A stretch of 64,000 nt of DNA, taken from positions 1,344,001 to 1,408,000 of the forward strand of contig OZ245011.1 of assembly GCA_965223665.1 (NCBI GenBank). The letters run 5' to 3'. Source of the stretch: Nitrospinaceae bacterium (GTDB lineage: Bacteria > Nitrospinota > Nitrospinia > Nitrospinales > Nitrospinaceae). Position numbers and translations under genes: made by a program. The stretch's first letter is position 1, and every line of letters starts with the position of its first letter. Positions 19,505-28,941 of this stretch are shown here, in pieces. The notes under the pieces are model-generated. The model saw only the letters and a list, made by a program, of their open reading frames with translations. It had not been told where the DNA came from and ran no database searches.

Positions 19505-20592
19505 TCGATCCAACCTCCGCCAACAATACAATCCTTACGATAAAAAACCGCCGCTTGCCCAGGGGAAATGGCAGGTTGAGGATACTCCAAATTCACTCTC
19601 GCTCTTCCATTTGGAAGTGGGGTCACCCAAGCCTCCACGGCTTTATGGCGATATCGAATTTGCACCAATGCTTCAAAAGGTTCACAATGATTTAAATACC
19701 AACTTACTTCCCGAACAGAAAATTCATCCTTAAACAGTTTAGTTTTCGGACCCACGGTCACTTCATTATTTACTGGATTAATCGAGGTCACATAATATGG
19801 CTCAGAAAGACCACCCAGGTTTAACCCTTTTCTTTGCCCAACGGTATATGCTGGATATCCTTTGTGTTGACCCAGGACATCGCCATTCGAATTCACAATT
19901 TTTCCAGGTTGAAATTTTTCTTCATCTACTTGACTTGCAATAAATTTGGCGTAGTCATTGTCCGGAATAAAACAAATTTCATGCGACTCGGATTTTCCAG
20001 CCACATTCAAGGAGTATTTTTCAGCAAGCTGTCGAACCTCTTTTTTCTCCAAATTACCCAACGGAAAAAATGTTCGCTCTAATTGCTCTTGTGAAAGATT
20101 GAATAGAAAATAGCTTTGGTCCCTTGTTTCATCTAATCCCCGCTTTACAGTTAAATTTCCAGAGTCTTTGTCACGGACCACAGAAGCATAATGACCAGTG
20201 GCTATATAATCGTATCCATAAATTTCTGCTTTTTGCATTAATTCATCAAATTTTAATTTTTTATTACAAGCGGTGCAGGGGATAGGAGTCCGACCTTCCA
20301 TATACTCAGACACAAAATAATCTACAACGTCTTTACGAAATTCTTTTTCTAGGTTTAAGATATAAAATGGGATTCCAACCCGCTCTGCCACCCTTCGGGC
20401 ATCAGACAAATCGTCTAAAGAACAACAAGTACCAAATCGATTATCCGTGTCCCAACTGTAATCCCATAATTGCAAAGAAATCCCTATCAGAGAATATCCC
20501 CGATCTTTTAATAGTGCCGCCACCACTGAGCTGTCAACACCACCACTCATAGCGACTACTATCTTTTTATTTTTTGGGGGAACAATTTCCAT
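19501..20592 (-). CDS. mnmA: tRNA 2-thiouridine(34) synthase
   Basis: AMSGGVDSSV, GRTPIPC..CN, ATGHYA, DQSYFL, ESHEICF, TVGQRKG, PGQAAVFY. Confidence 0.97.
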   Translation of the reverse strand: MEIVPPKNKKIVVAMSGGVDSSVVAALLKDRGYSLIGISLQLWDYSWDTDNRFGTCCSLDDLSDARRVAERVGIPFYILNLEKEFRKDVVDYFVSEYMEGRTPIPCTACNKKLKFDELMQKAEIYGYDYIATGHYASVVRDKDSGNLTVKRGLDETRDQSYFLFNLSQEQLERTFFPLGNLEKKEVRQLAEKYSLNVAGKSESHEICFIPDNDYAKFIASQVDEEKFQPGKIVNSNGDVLGQHKGYPAYTVGQRKGLNLGGLSEPYYVTSINPVNNEVTVGPKTKLFKDEFSVREVSWYLNHCEPFEALVQIRYRHKAVEAWVTPLPNGRARVNLEYPQPAISPGQAAVFYRKDCIVGGGWIE

Positions 20593-20609
20593 ACTAAAAC
20601 CTAACTACC

Positions 20610-21185
20610 TTAACTTAATGAAAAAAACGATAAATTTGAGTCACCTAATTTGCGAGATTTTTTTAAGGATAGTCTACCATAACTTTCTGATAGGATGGTT
20701 TTGTGATGATGCTCAACAATAACTATTGAGGGTGTCTTCAATAAAGTTCCCTTTGCGAGTTCAACTATAGTTTCTTCATATAATTCTTCCGCAAAAGGTG
20801 GATCTACATAGACTAAATCAAATTGGAATTCGCGTTCTTGTAATATTTTTAGAGCCTGAGAGGCAGAGTATTTCAACAATAACCAATTCTTTTTTTTGCT
20901 CTGGTCACCTAAATCAAACTGCTTGCATTTATCCAGATTTTGATAAATTATTTTTTGAGCCCGATGGTCGGGTTCCACAAAAACCACTTTTTCAGCACCT
21001 CTACTAATAGCCTCAATTCCTATAGCACCCGTTCCCGCAAATAAATCTAAAAAAATAGCACCCTCTATATCTGGAGCTATTTGATTAAAAAGTGACTCTC
21101 GAACCCTATCTAAGGTGGGACGAATAGATGCTCCTGACAAACTAACTAATTTTGTCCCTTTGAGATTTCCACCAATTATTCGCAC
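20610..21185 (-). CDS. rsmD: 16S rRNA m2G966 methyltransferase
   Basis: MRIIGG, RPTLDRVRESLFN, LDLFAGTG, EAISRGA, VDPPF. Confidence 0.95.
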   Translation of the reverse strand: MRIIGGNLKGTKLVSLSGASIRPTLDRVRESLFNQIAPDIEGAIFLDLFAGTGAIGIEAISRGAEKVVFVEPDHRAQKIIYQNLDKCKQFDLGDQSKKKNWLLLKYSASQALKILQEREFQFDLVYVDPPFAEELYEETIVELAKGTLLKTPSIVIVEHHHKTILSESYGRLSLKKSRKLGDSNLSFFSLS

Positions 21186-21351
21186 CCAATTCCTCTATTT
21201 CATTGATTTTCACTAATTAAAACTTCCTGAATTTTTAAGATTATCTGACTTTTCTACAGACTTTACAAGGCTGGACCTTTATGTTTAAATGCTTCTTTTA
21301 TTTAATTTAGAACCGTATATAATTACACAATTCATAAGGAATTAAGTTCGA

Positions 21352-21834
21352 ATGGCAAAAGTAGTAAACCGTAATCCCTTTCTTCTAGCTTTGTTTGCTC
21401 CACTTTATCAGTTGGTAGGAACCGTGGCAGTCACGAATGATTTTTTGCTTGCAGCCATTTTTTTAATGTTTACTTTGGGACTGCTCGGAGCTTATGTTAC
21501 TGAGTTTCCAATTTTTCCCGGATTATATGCCAACGAAGTATTACATAAAGTAGCTGTTTCTTCTTTATTTGGCTTTTTATTTGGACTGATTTTATTCGCA
21601 TTTTCAATGATGTTTAAAACGACAAATGAAGATGCAGATTCTTCACCCATTTCCCCCGCTGGAGAATTCTTTTTAACTTGGGTTGCTCTTTCAATTCCTG
21701 CTTATATCATCATGGCCTTTTTAATGCGGGGTGTTAATAAGCGAGATTTAGAAGAAGAAGATAGAATCCGAAAAGAAAAGAAGAAAAAACGCAAGAACAG
21801 CGGCCCTCCTATTATGGACCGGGATGGATTTTAA
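21352..21834 (+). CDS. Hypothetical membrane protein
   Basis: Several TM helices and a charged C-terminal tail; AAGGA RBS. Confidence 0.65.
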   Translation: MAKVVNRNPFLLALFAPLYQLVGTVAVTNDFLLAAIFLMFTLGLLGAYVTEFPIFPGLYANEVLHKVAVSSLFGFLFGLILFAFSMMFKTTNEDADSSPISPAGEFFLTWVALSIPAYIIMAFLMRGVNKRDLEEEDRIRKEKKKKRKNSGPPIMDRDGF

Positions 21835-21839
21835 CAATT

Positions 21840-22070
21840 TTATTTAGCCTTTATTTGCGGCCACCAATCCATAAGAATTCCAACTTGATAAACCGCTAAA
21901 GCAATAATTACCAGAATAGCCAGTCGAATTAAATATTTCCTTAAAAATGCCACAGGGAAAAGTATTGCCCTGTATTTCTTACCCAACGCAAAATACCCAA
22001 TTACCAACAGAACCACCACAACTCCTGTCGCAACTGGGTACTCTGTTACCTTTGACAGTAATTCATTCAT
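21840..22070 (-). CDS. Small two-TM membrane protein
   Basis: 76 aa with two hydrophobic segments. Confidence 0.6.
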   Translation of the reverse strand: MNELLSKVTEYPVATGVVVVLLVIGYFALGKKYRAILFPVAFLRKYLIRLAILVIIALAVYQVGILMDWWPQIKAK

Positions 22071-22175
22071 GAAAAATGTGCATAAATTCTAAGGGAATTC
22101 CTAAAATCGCTTAATTCTAAAAAGAGGCTGGCTTTGATTTAAAATTCTTCACCAATCCTTGGACTAAAAGAAAAA

Positions 22176-22637
22176 TCACCCGGTAGACTCTTTTTTAGGA
22201 TTAGCGCAATAAATTATATCCGCTTTAATACTCGGCAAATCAGCCCAACCCGAATCAGGAGTAGCATTTTCTGGATATGGTGTACCCCAAGGCAAATCTG
22301 ACATAGAGTAAATAGTAACATCTGATTTTCCACCCTCTCCTTCTTTAAACTCAACAGCAGCAATATGGGAATCATAACCTTTACGATTCCAAACTATTAA
22401 ATCAAGATCTTCATATTCTCTAAAAGTTGTTTTTTCTTTAGACCATACCCCTTTTTCAACTCCTAACCGATCTTCTTGATTCAAAAAACATTTTGCGAGG
22501 GATTGATAATTTTTTTCTAACTTTAATTTTTCAACAAAAGAGTGTTTTTTAAAGTAATTAAAATCATCCGTCATAGGTTTCTTGGCGCACCCCTGTAAAA
22601 CAAAAACAATCAATACAAATAAAATAATTTTTCTCAT
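22176..22637 (-). CDS. Hypothetical lipoprotein
   Basis: MRK, a hydrophobic core and the lipobox LQGC; GGAG RBS upstream on the minus strand. Confidence 0.7.
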   Translation of the reverse strand: MRKIILFVLIVFVLQGCAKKPMTDDFNYFKKHSFVEKLKLEKNYQSLAKCFLNQEDRLGVEKGVWSKEKTTFREYEDLDLIVWNRKGYDSHIAAVEFKEGEGGKSDVTIYSMSDLPWGTPYPENATPDSGWADLPSIKADIIYCANPKKESTG

Positions 22638-23045
22638 TACATTAGAACTCCCATAAATGCCGATTCAAATCTAAAACATAATTAATAAAGGTAATTGGAT
22701 TTGAACTAGATTCTCAACTTCCTCTCCCAGCGATAATTTTATTATATGTAAACCATAAAAAAAACATGAAAGTTATACTTTGAAAACTTTTTAACTCACA
22801 AAACCAAAAATTAAATGGACTGATAAATTATCAAGAAAAATTCACAAACAAATAAACTCGTTTTAATCCCCCTTAATTCAACCAATTCGGCCATTTTAGA
22901 ACCAATATATCAATACCCAAAATTTTTATCCATTGATAACCTCTTAAAAAACTTTCCTGGCCAACTTAATTATCCAATACAAAGTTTTTTATAAAAATCA
23001 CTTTAAATTTTCATAGATTTTATTCCAAAGGCCTAATTCATTTCA

Positions 23046-25955
23046 TCAAAATTCGCACCATTGTCCAATTAAGTCAAACTCAAACCTCAAATTATACTCT
23101 GCTAGAAACTCAACCCAAACTTGCGTATTTAAAAATATTTTGGGATGTTCTCGTCCACATTTTGCGCTTACCCAATCTGAATATTCCCGAATAACTGTAT
23201 CAGTCAATTTCGGATTTTTGCTAAACTCGACCAATTTAAAATGATGTTTTCTTTCTCCTCTTTCTATAAATGGCTTAAACTCTTCAAGTTGATAATGAAT
23301 TAATTTTCCCATCTTTTTTTCTTCAAGAATCAACAGCTTTCCAGTTTCCTCAGATATCTCTGTCGCAAATACCGGAATGCGATTTTCATCGGATTGATAA
23401 AAACCTATAAATCCTGCAACATTGACTTTTCTTTCTTTTTCATCCCAACGATTAAAAAACTTATTTGAATTCTTAATAAAATCATGAGCTTTTTCTCCAA
23501 AAACAAAAATTATTCCCGGAGAGGTTTGACTATATTTTTTTAATATATCTTCAATTTGATCTTTCTTTATTTTTTCACAATGTTCCGTAATTTTATTGGC
23601 AATATAAAAATCCATTTCTCTGACAGTAAAATTTGCTAAATCAAATGCAACTTCTTTTATAGAAATATTTGAGCTCTCTAAAAAGTGAGTTTTGGGATAA
23701 ACGCGCTTAACGTGAACCTTTATTTCTGGGTCTACCTCCCATCCAAATCGATTTTGAATTCGATGAAAATGATCATAAACGTTATAGAAAATCAAACTAG
23801 AGTTTAATGTTTGCGAAAAGGTTTCGACAAAATGATCCACTTGAAAAGGACTCAATCTAGATTCAGAAATCTCAATACTTCTGTTTAATCCAATACTACT
23901 TACAATGAAATCAAAAATTTCTTCTAATTGCCCCTCAAAATACTCACTCTGCTTTAACATTGAAATCCCTAAGTCTTCTAAGAATGCCTCATCATTTTCT
24001 CTTAATTCATATACAGTATTTTCTAATTCGAGGATTATTCGATCAATCCTCTTTAATCTTTCTTTTGAAGAAACCCATTTTAAATCTTTTAACGCCCCAA
24101 ACTTCTCTTCTGACTTGATTGAATAAGGGTTTACAGTCAACATCAAAAGGGTTAAAAAAAACTTTTTATAATCATTTTTTTTTGCAACAAATTCATTCTC
24201 AAACTTGTCTTTAAAAAATTCATCAGGAAAATCTAAAAAATAATTAAGAACAAATCTCACTATTTTATTAGATAAAATTGGGTTAGGATTTTCTGATCTA
24301 ATATCCTCAAAGTCACTATTTTCGAAAAATTCGATAACGAAATCTGCTCTTCCTTTACTAATTAAATACGCCCCTAAATTGGCCAGCAACTTTAAGATCG
24401 AACCAGATATATACTTTTTCAACATATTTTCTTTTATTTTTTTTCCTTTCAATCTTATATCACCCCAATTCACCAAGGCATACTCTCTTTCAAAAACAAC
24501 ATTCAATTCAGCAAAAGATTTCTCCCAATTTCGATACTCACTTAAATTAAGAACTGCGCTTTCTATTTCTTCCATTTTGCAAATTGTATTTTCAATTTTT
24601 CCATGAAAATCCAGATCATTATAAATACCAGGATCAAACTTTTTAAAATCATTTACGTATTTTCTGATTTGGATTTGTTCCTGAATTTCAAAATAAATAG
24701 TCGGCAACTCGTTTAACCATTTTCTCCAAACTTTAATTTGGTTGTTATTTTCAATTATTTTGAAATTTTTAAATAAATGAAGTGATAACAATTCTAAATA
24801 AGATGGATCAATATTCAGCCTGTCACTTTCATCCTCTGATATAACTCTATTAAACCATCCCACTGATTCTAAGTGACCTGATTCCTCAAAGGAAAAGTTC
24901 TTTGAGGAACCTATTTGAAAGCGCTTAATGGTAAACTCATTAAATAAAACTAGAATTTTTCTAACCGGACTAAAATTCCCCTCCTTTCTTGTTAAATCAA
25001 TAAGTAAAACTATCAAAGACTCAATGGTAGCTTGAGTAATTTCATGATTTTTATCCAGGATTGCCTCTTCCCAAATTCCTTTATAAATTTTCAAAAACTC
25101 ATCTAGCAAAGAACTTTTGTGTGGGACTTTCTTTAAAAGTTCCCAAATGTCTCCCTGAAATAGCTTTCCATCAATCACTTCATCCCTATCCATTCCCATT
25201 AGTATTTGATATTTCGTGTAATTTTTTTCTTTTAAAAGAAAAAACGTACTAGTCAAGCTCGTCAAATCATTTAAAACAGTATTTACAAAGTTATTATCAG
25301 CTTGCCTGACTCCGTACCTTGCGGACCTTAATAATTTATTCAAAATTAAACCCAAATCCTGCAGGCTTTCCTCTTTATTAGACGAAAAAATATTCCTTAA
25401 TAAAATTCTAATTTTTTCTACAAGGATTACATGAATATCAGTTGAGTATAGATGCACCCTTTTAATTAAGAGGGCAAAAATAATTAAGTTTAATACAGCC
25501 CATAAACATATCAATGCTATGACAAACGGATTATTTATGTTTAAGAATTTTACTAACAAAATAAAAACCACATGCAATATCAGCAACCAATATTGAGCCA
25601 AATATATTTTTTCATTTAAATATAACCTGAGTATTTGCCTATCTAGATCTTTAACAAATCTGAACACCATCAATATTGTGAATGGAATCGCCAATCCAAT
25701 AAGGATAATTTCAGCAATCAATATTACATTCAACAAATCTCCAGAACTTCCTATCCCATCAAAAGATATACTAGTCAAACCTTCAAATTCCAATGCCGGC
25801 AAATTTAATTTTGGCATATTGCCCGCAAAGTTTATTTCCCCAGAAATAAGTCCATAAAGGAGAATAGCGACAATAGGAATACAGGCGAATAAAAATCCGC
25901 GGACAAGATCCGAGACCGAATATTTTTCTTTTTCTTCTTTTATTTCTTTAATCAT
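23046..25955 (-). CDS. Large hypothetical membrane protein (N-terminal TMs plus a long helical soluble region)
   Basis: Uninterrupted 969-aa ORF; about four TM segments in the first 170 aa; no motif recognised. Confidence 0.7.
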   Translation of the reverse strand: MIKEIKEEKEKYSVSDLVRGFLFACIPIVAILLYGLISGEINFAGNMPKLNLPALEFEGLTSISFDGIGSSGDLLNVILIAEIILIGLAIPFTILMVFRFVKDLDRQILRLYLNEKIYLAQYWLLILHVVFILLVKFLNINNPFVIALICLWAVLNLIIFALLIKRVHLYSTDIHVILVEKIRILLRNIFSSNKEESLQDLGLILNKLLRSARYGVRQADNNFVNTVLNDLTSLTSTFFLLKEKNYTKYQILMGMDRDEVIDGKLFQGDIWELLKKVPHKSSLLDEFLKIYKGIWEEAILDKNHEITQATIESLIVLLIDLTRKEGNFSPVRKILVLFNEFTIKRFQIGSSKNFSFEESGHLESVGWFNRVISEDESDRLNIDPSYLELLSLHLFKNFKIIENNNQIKVWRKWLNELPTIYFEIQEQIQIRKYVNDFKKFDPGIYNDLDFHGKIENTICKMEEIESAVLNLSEYRNWEKSFAELNVVFEREYALVNWGDIRLKGKKIKENMLKKYISGSILKLLANLGAYLISKGRADFVIEFFENSDFEDIRSENPNPILSNKIVRFVLNYFLDFPDEFFKDKFENEFVAKKNDYKKFFLTLLMLTVNPYSIKSEEKFGALKDLKWVSSKERLKRIDRIILELENTVYELRENDEAFLEDLGISMLKQSEYFEGQLEEIFDFIVSSIGLNRSIEISESRLSPFQVDHFVETFSQTLNSSLIFYNVYDHFHRIQNRFGWEVDPEIKVHVKRVYPKTHFLESSNISIKEVAFDLANFTVREMDFYIANKITEHCEKIKKDQIEDILKKYSQTSPGIIFVFGEKAHDFIKNSNKFFNRWDEKERKVNVAGFIGFYQSDENRIPVFATEISEETGKLLILEEKKMGKLIHYQLEEFKPFIERGERKHHFKLVEFSKNPKLTDTVIREYSDWVSAKCGREHPKIFLNTQVWVEFLAEYNLRFEFDLIGQWCEF

Positions 25956-26420
25956 TACTTTTAATTTTAAAAATCTAATAACTATTCAAAGTTAAATATT
26001 GACCCCTAATGTTTTTATATTATTTACTTCTCCGCAGTGCGCCCTAATTCTAGCAAAGCTTTGTTTTCAAATTACCTGGATTATTTATTTTTAAATCCGC
26101 AAATATCAGTTTCCAGATAAAATATTTTGATGAAATTAAAAATTTTCATCATAACAAAGCAAACATTTGAATATCTCAGCTTATTTCAAATAAAATAAAA
26201 AGGGTTATCCAATAAATTACTTAACTTATCCAATATGTTTTATGGAAATAAAAAGAAAGGAAGGAAAAAATATTTTATCGGAGGTCTGCAAAAATGGAAT
26301 AAATTATTACAAAATATAATAATTTGAATCGGAACATTCTTATTTTGCCCAAATCACAAAAATAACGTATAGCCCAAACTCAAAAGAAAACTCATTGAAA
26401 ACCAAAAATTTGAAAGAGAA

Positions 26421-28334
26421 TCATAATTCATTCAAGCAATTGAAAATTTTTTCAATCATGATTGGTTTCCCTAGAAATTCAGAACAACCTAGTTCTAAAA
26501 ACTCTTTTCTCTCATGCTTCAACACTGAAGCGGAAACAATCACCACACGGGGTTTTTGGTCTCCTAAATCTTCATTCATTTTTTTTAAGGTTTCACTTCC
26601 AGTTAAAACTGGCATATGATTATCCAAAAATACTACATCAAATTTGTCTTTATATATTTTTTCTAAAGCCTCTTCACCATTCTTGGCTTGTTCAACTTCA
26701 CCTCCAAGCAATTTGATCATTTGGCACAAAGCTTCTCTATTTTCCATAACATCATCCACCACTAAAGCTTTTACTTCCCTTTTTAACTTTGACAACCCAA
26801 GTTGAGTGTTTGCTGAATTATTTTCTGAAGCATTTTTTTTAGATTCTGGCAGCTTAATTGTAAAATAAAATTTTGCTCCCTGGCCTTCCATAGATTTTAA
26901 TTCAATTTTTCCACCTAATAATTCTATTTGCTTGGAAGAAATGGCTAATCCTAAACCGGTTCCTCCTTTATCGTAGCCTAATTTATTTTGCTTGAAAGGT
27001 TGGAAAATCCGCTTTTGTTGTTCCTCAGGAATTCCAGGCCCAGAATCAATTACTTCAAATTTGTAAAAATCATTACCCTCATCGTAAACCAATAAGGAAA
27101 CCTTGCCCGAATCAGTGAACTTAATAGCGTTACCAATTAAATTTATTAATACTTGACGAATTTTTCCCTCATCCCCATAAACCATAGATGGTATTTTCTT
27201 TGGATAATTCAAATCCCACGTAATTCTCTTTTCCTTACACCTAAAACTAAAAATGCTTGAGATCCCCGAAAGCAATTCACTTATAGAGAACTCGGTACGG
27301 TTAATTTCCATGCATCCCGCTTCAATTTTGGAAATATCTAAAACATCATTGACCAATTCCAAAAGATGTTTACCCCCGTCTAAAATATGCTTTAAATTAT
27401 TTTTTTCTTTTGTTTTTAAGTTTGAAGACATATCCAGTAACTGAGCAAATCCAATAATTGCATTTAATGGAGTTCGAATTTCATGACTCATACTTGCCAA
27501 AAACATACTTTTCGCATGGTTAGCTGAATTGGCTTCTATTTGAGCTTTCTCCAACTCTTGAGACCTTCTTTCCAATTCTGAAGTTCTTTTCTGAACTCTT
27601 TCCTCTAATAAAATGTTGGAATTTTGAAGTTTAATATCAGCGTCCTGTATTTTGGTAATCATTTTATTAAACTGATCGACTAAAAATCCAATTTCGTCTT
27701 TGTTAATTTTATTGGCTCTCAAAGAATAACTATTCTTTTTTGTAACTTCCTGCATAGTAGATGCCAACTCCAATACCGGTTGTGCCACTGTCTTTTGTAA
27801 TTTGAATGAATATCGAAAAGCAATGAAGAAGGAAAGAATAATAACAATTCCAATTATCATTCCATAAAAAGCAAAGCGCTGAAACATCATATCCAAAGCG
27901 GTTAAAACGAATAAGGTGCCCAATTTTTCATTGTTGAATGTTATTGGATAAAAAACCCATAAATGCCCTTCCTTAAAATACTCTCCATTCTCCCAAGGAA
28001 TCTTGGGAGCAGAAACCTTATTTAAAGGGGAAGAATATTGGGCAAAAATCTTTTTATTAGGACCATAGATACCTGCAAACCGAATACTGGGCTCTGTTTT
28101 TAAGGTGCTTAACAGTTCCTTGGCACCCTTAGAATCCTGGAATTCCAAAGGACCAGCACTGTTAATAGCAATGATTTTAGTGATACTTAATATCTCTTTT
28201 GTTGCTGTAGTTCGAAAAATAAAAAACTCATAACCAGTAAAAGCAATACAAGCCACTAACACTAGAAATCCACTAGAGAAAAAAATGGCTTTTCTTATTC
28301 TATTTCTTATTGAGTCTTTTTTGCAGATATCCAT
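26421..28334 (-). CDS. Hybrid sensor histidine kinase (CHASE8-like domain, HAMP, HisKA, HATPase, REC)
   Basis: PLEFQDSKGA.ELL; HAMP (DEIGFLVDQFNKM); FLASMSHEIRTPLNAIIGF; QVLINLIGNAIKFT; GGTGLGL; REC (LVVDD...FLDNHMP). Confidence 0.94.
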   Translation of the reverse strand: MDICKKDSIRNRIRKAIFFSSGFLVLVACIAFTGYEFFIFRTTATKEILSITKIIAINSAGPLEFQDSKGAKELLSTLKTEPSIRFAGIYGPNKKIFAQYSSPLNKVSAPKIPWENGEYFKEGHLWVFYPITFNNEKLGTLFVLTALDMMFQRFAFYGMIIGIVIILSFFIAFRYSFKLQKTVAQPVLELASTMQEVTKKNSYSLRANKINKDEIGFLVDQFNKMITKIQDADIKLQNSNILLEERVQKRTSELERRSQELEKAQIEANSANHAKSMFLASMSHEIRTPLNAIIGFAQLLDMSSNLKTKEKNNLKHILDGGKHLLELVNDVLDISKIEAGCMEINRTEFSISELLSGISSIFSFRCKEKRITWDLNYPKKIPSMVYGDEGKIRQVLINLIGNAIKFTDSGKVSLLVYDEGNDFYKFEVIDSGPGIPEEQQKRIFQPFKQNKLGYDKGGTGLGLAISSKQIELLGGKIELKSMEGQGAKFYFTIKLPESKKNASENNSANTQLGLSKLKREVKALVVDDVMENREALCQMIKLLGGEVEQAKNGEEALEKIYKDKFDVVFLDNHMPVLTGSETLKKMNEDLGDQKPRVVIVSASVLKHERKEFLELGCSEFLGKPIMIEKIFNCLNEL

Positions 28335-28340
28335 AACTAA

Positions 28341-28925
28341 CTATGCTTTAGGTTTATATACCTTGTGCGCTTGTTTTAATAACTTGTAACTCAAATTGAT
28401 ATTGGATTGTTGCGCTGCCTCCAAATTCACTTCAAAATCAATCGAATCATCAATTATGACAATATTGATCATTCCTCCATGCTCACAAAAACCTTCAATA
28501 TCACTAATAGTCAAAATGGATGTTTCTTTTAACTTTTGAATAATCGTTTCCAGTCTTTTTGATTTTGAGGTATTAATGAATAAAGCGTCAGAAGATTTAA
28601 GATCGCTTAATGAATCAATAAACCTGATTGAAACTTTTTTTTCATTAACAATTTGACCTTCAATTAACTCTAAAGCCTCATTTATTTCTCCATCCCCTAA
28701 AACAGATAAAATAATTTCTTCATTGATTTTCTTAGAATTGGGCCATTCTGCGAATTTAAGAAAATTCAGAGTAAAGGCCGTTTTTATTTTGTACTCCAAA
28801 CTGATTTCATTGTAACCAGTGGAAGGCAAAAACAGAATCAACCATATTAAAATTCCAAAAGAGGATAACTTCCTTATCACAGACAGGAATTTTTCAAACC
28901 AAAAATATTTTAAAACTATCTTCAT
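28341..28925 (-). CDS. YfiR-family (DUF4154) periplasmic protein
   Basis: EYKIKTAFTLNFLKFAEWP, ILTISD..GFCEHGGMINI, FEVNL, LSYKLLK. Confidence 0.9.
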   Translation of the reverse strand: MKIVLKYFWFEKFLSVIRKLSSFGILIWLILFLPSTGYNEISLEYKIKTAFTLNFLKFAEWPNSKKINEEIILSVLGDGEINEALELIEGQIVNEKKVSIRFIDSLSDLKSSDALFINTSKSKRLETIIQKLKETSILTISDIEGFCEHGGMINIVIIDDSIDFEVNLEAAQQSNINLSYKLLKQAHKVYKPKA

Positions 28926-28941
28926 TCGCCAGAAACACAGT

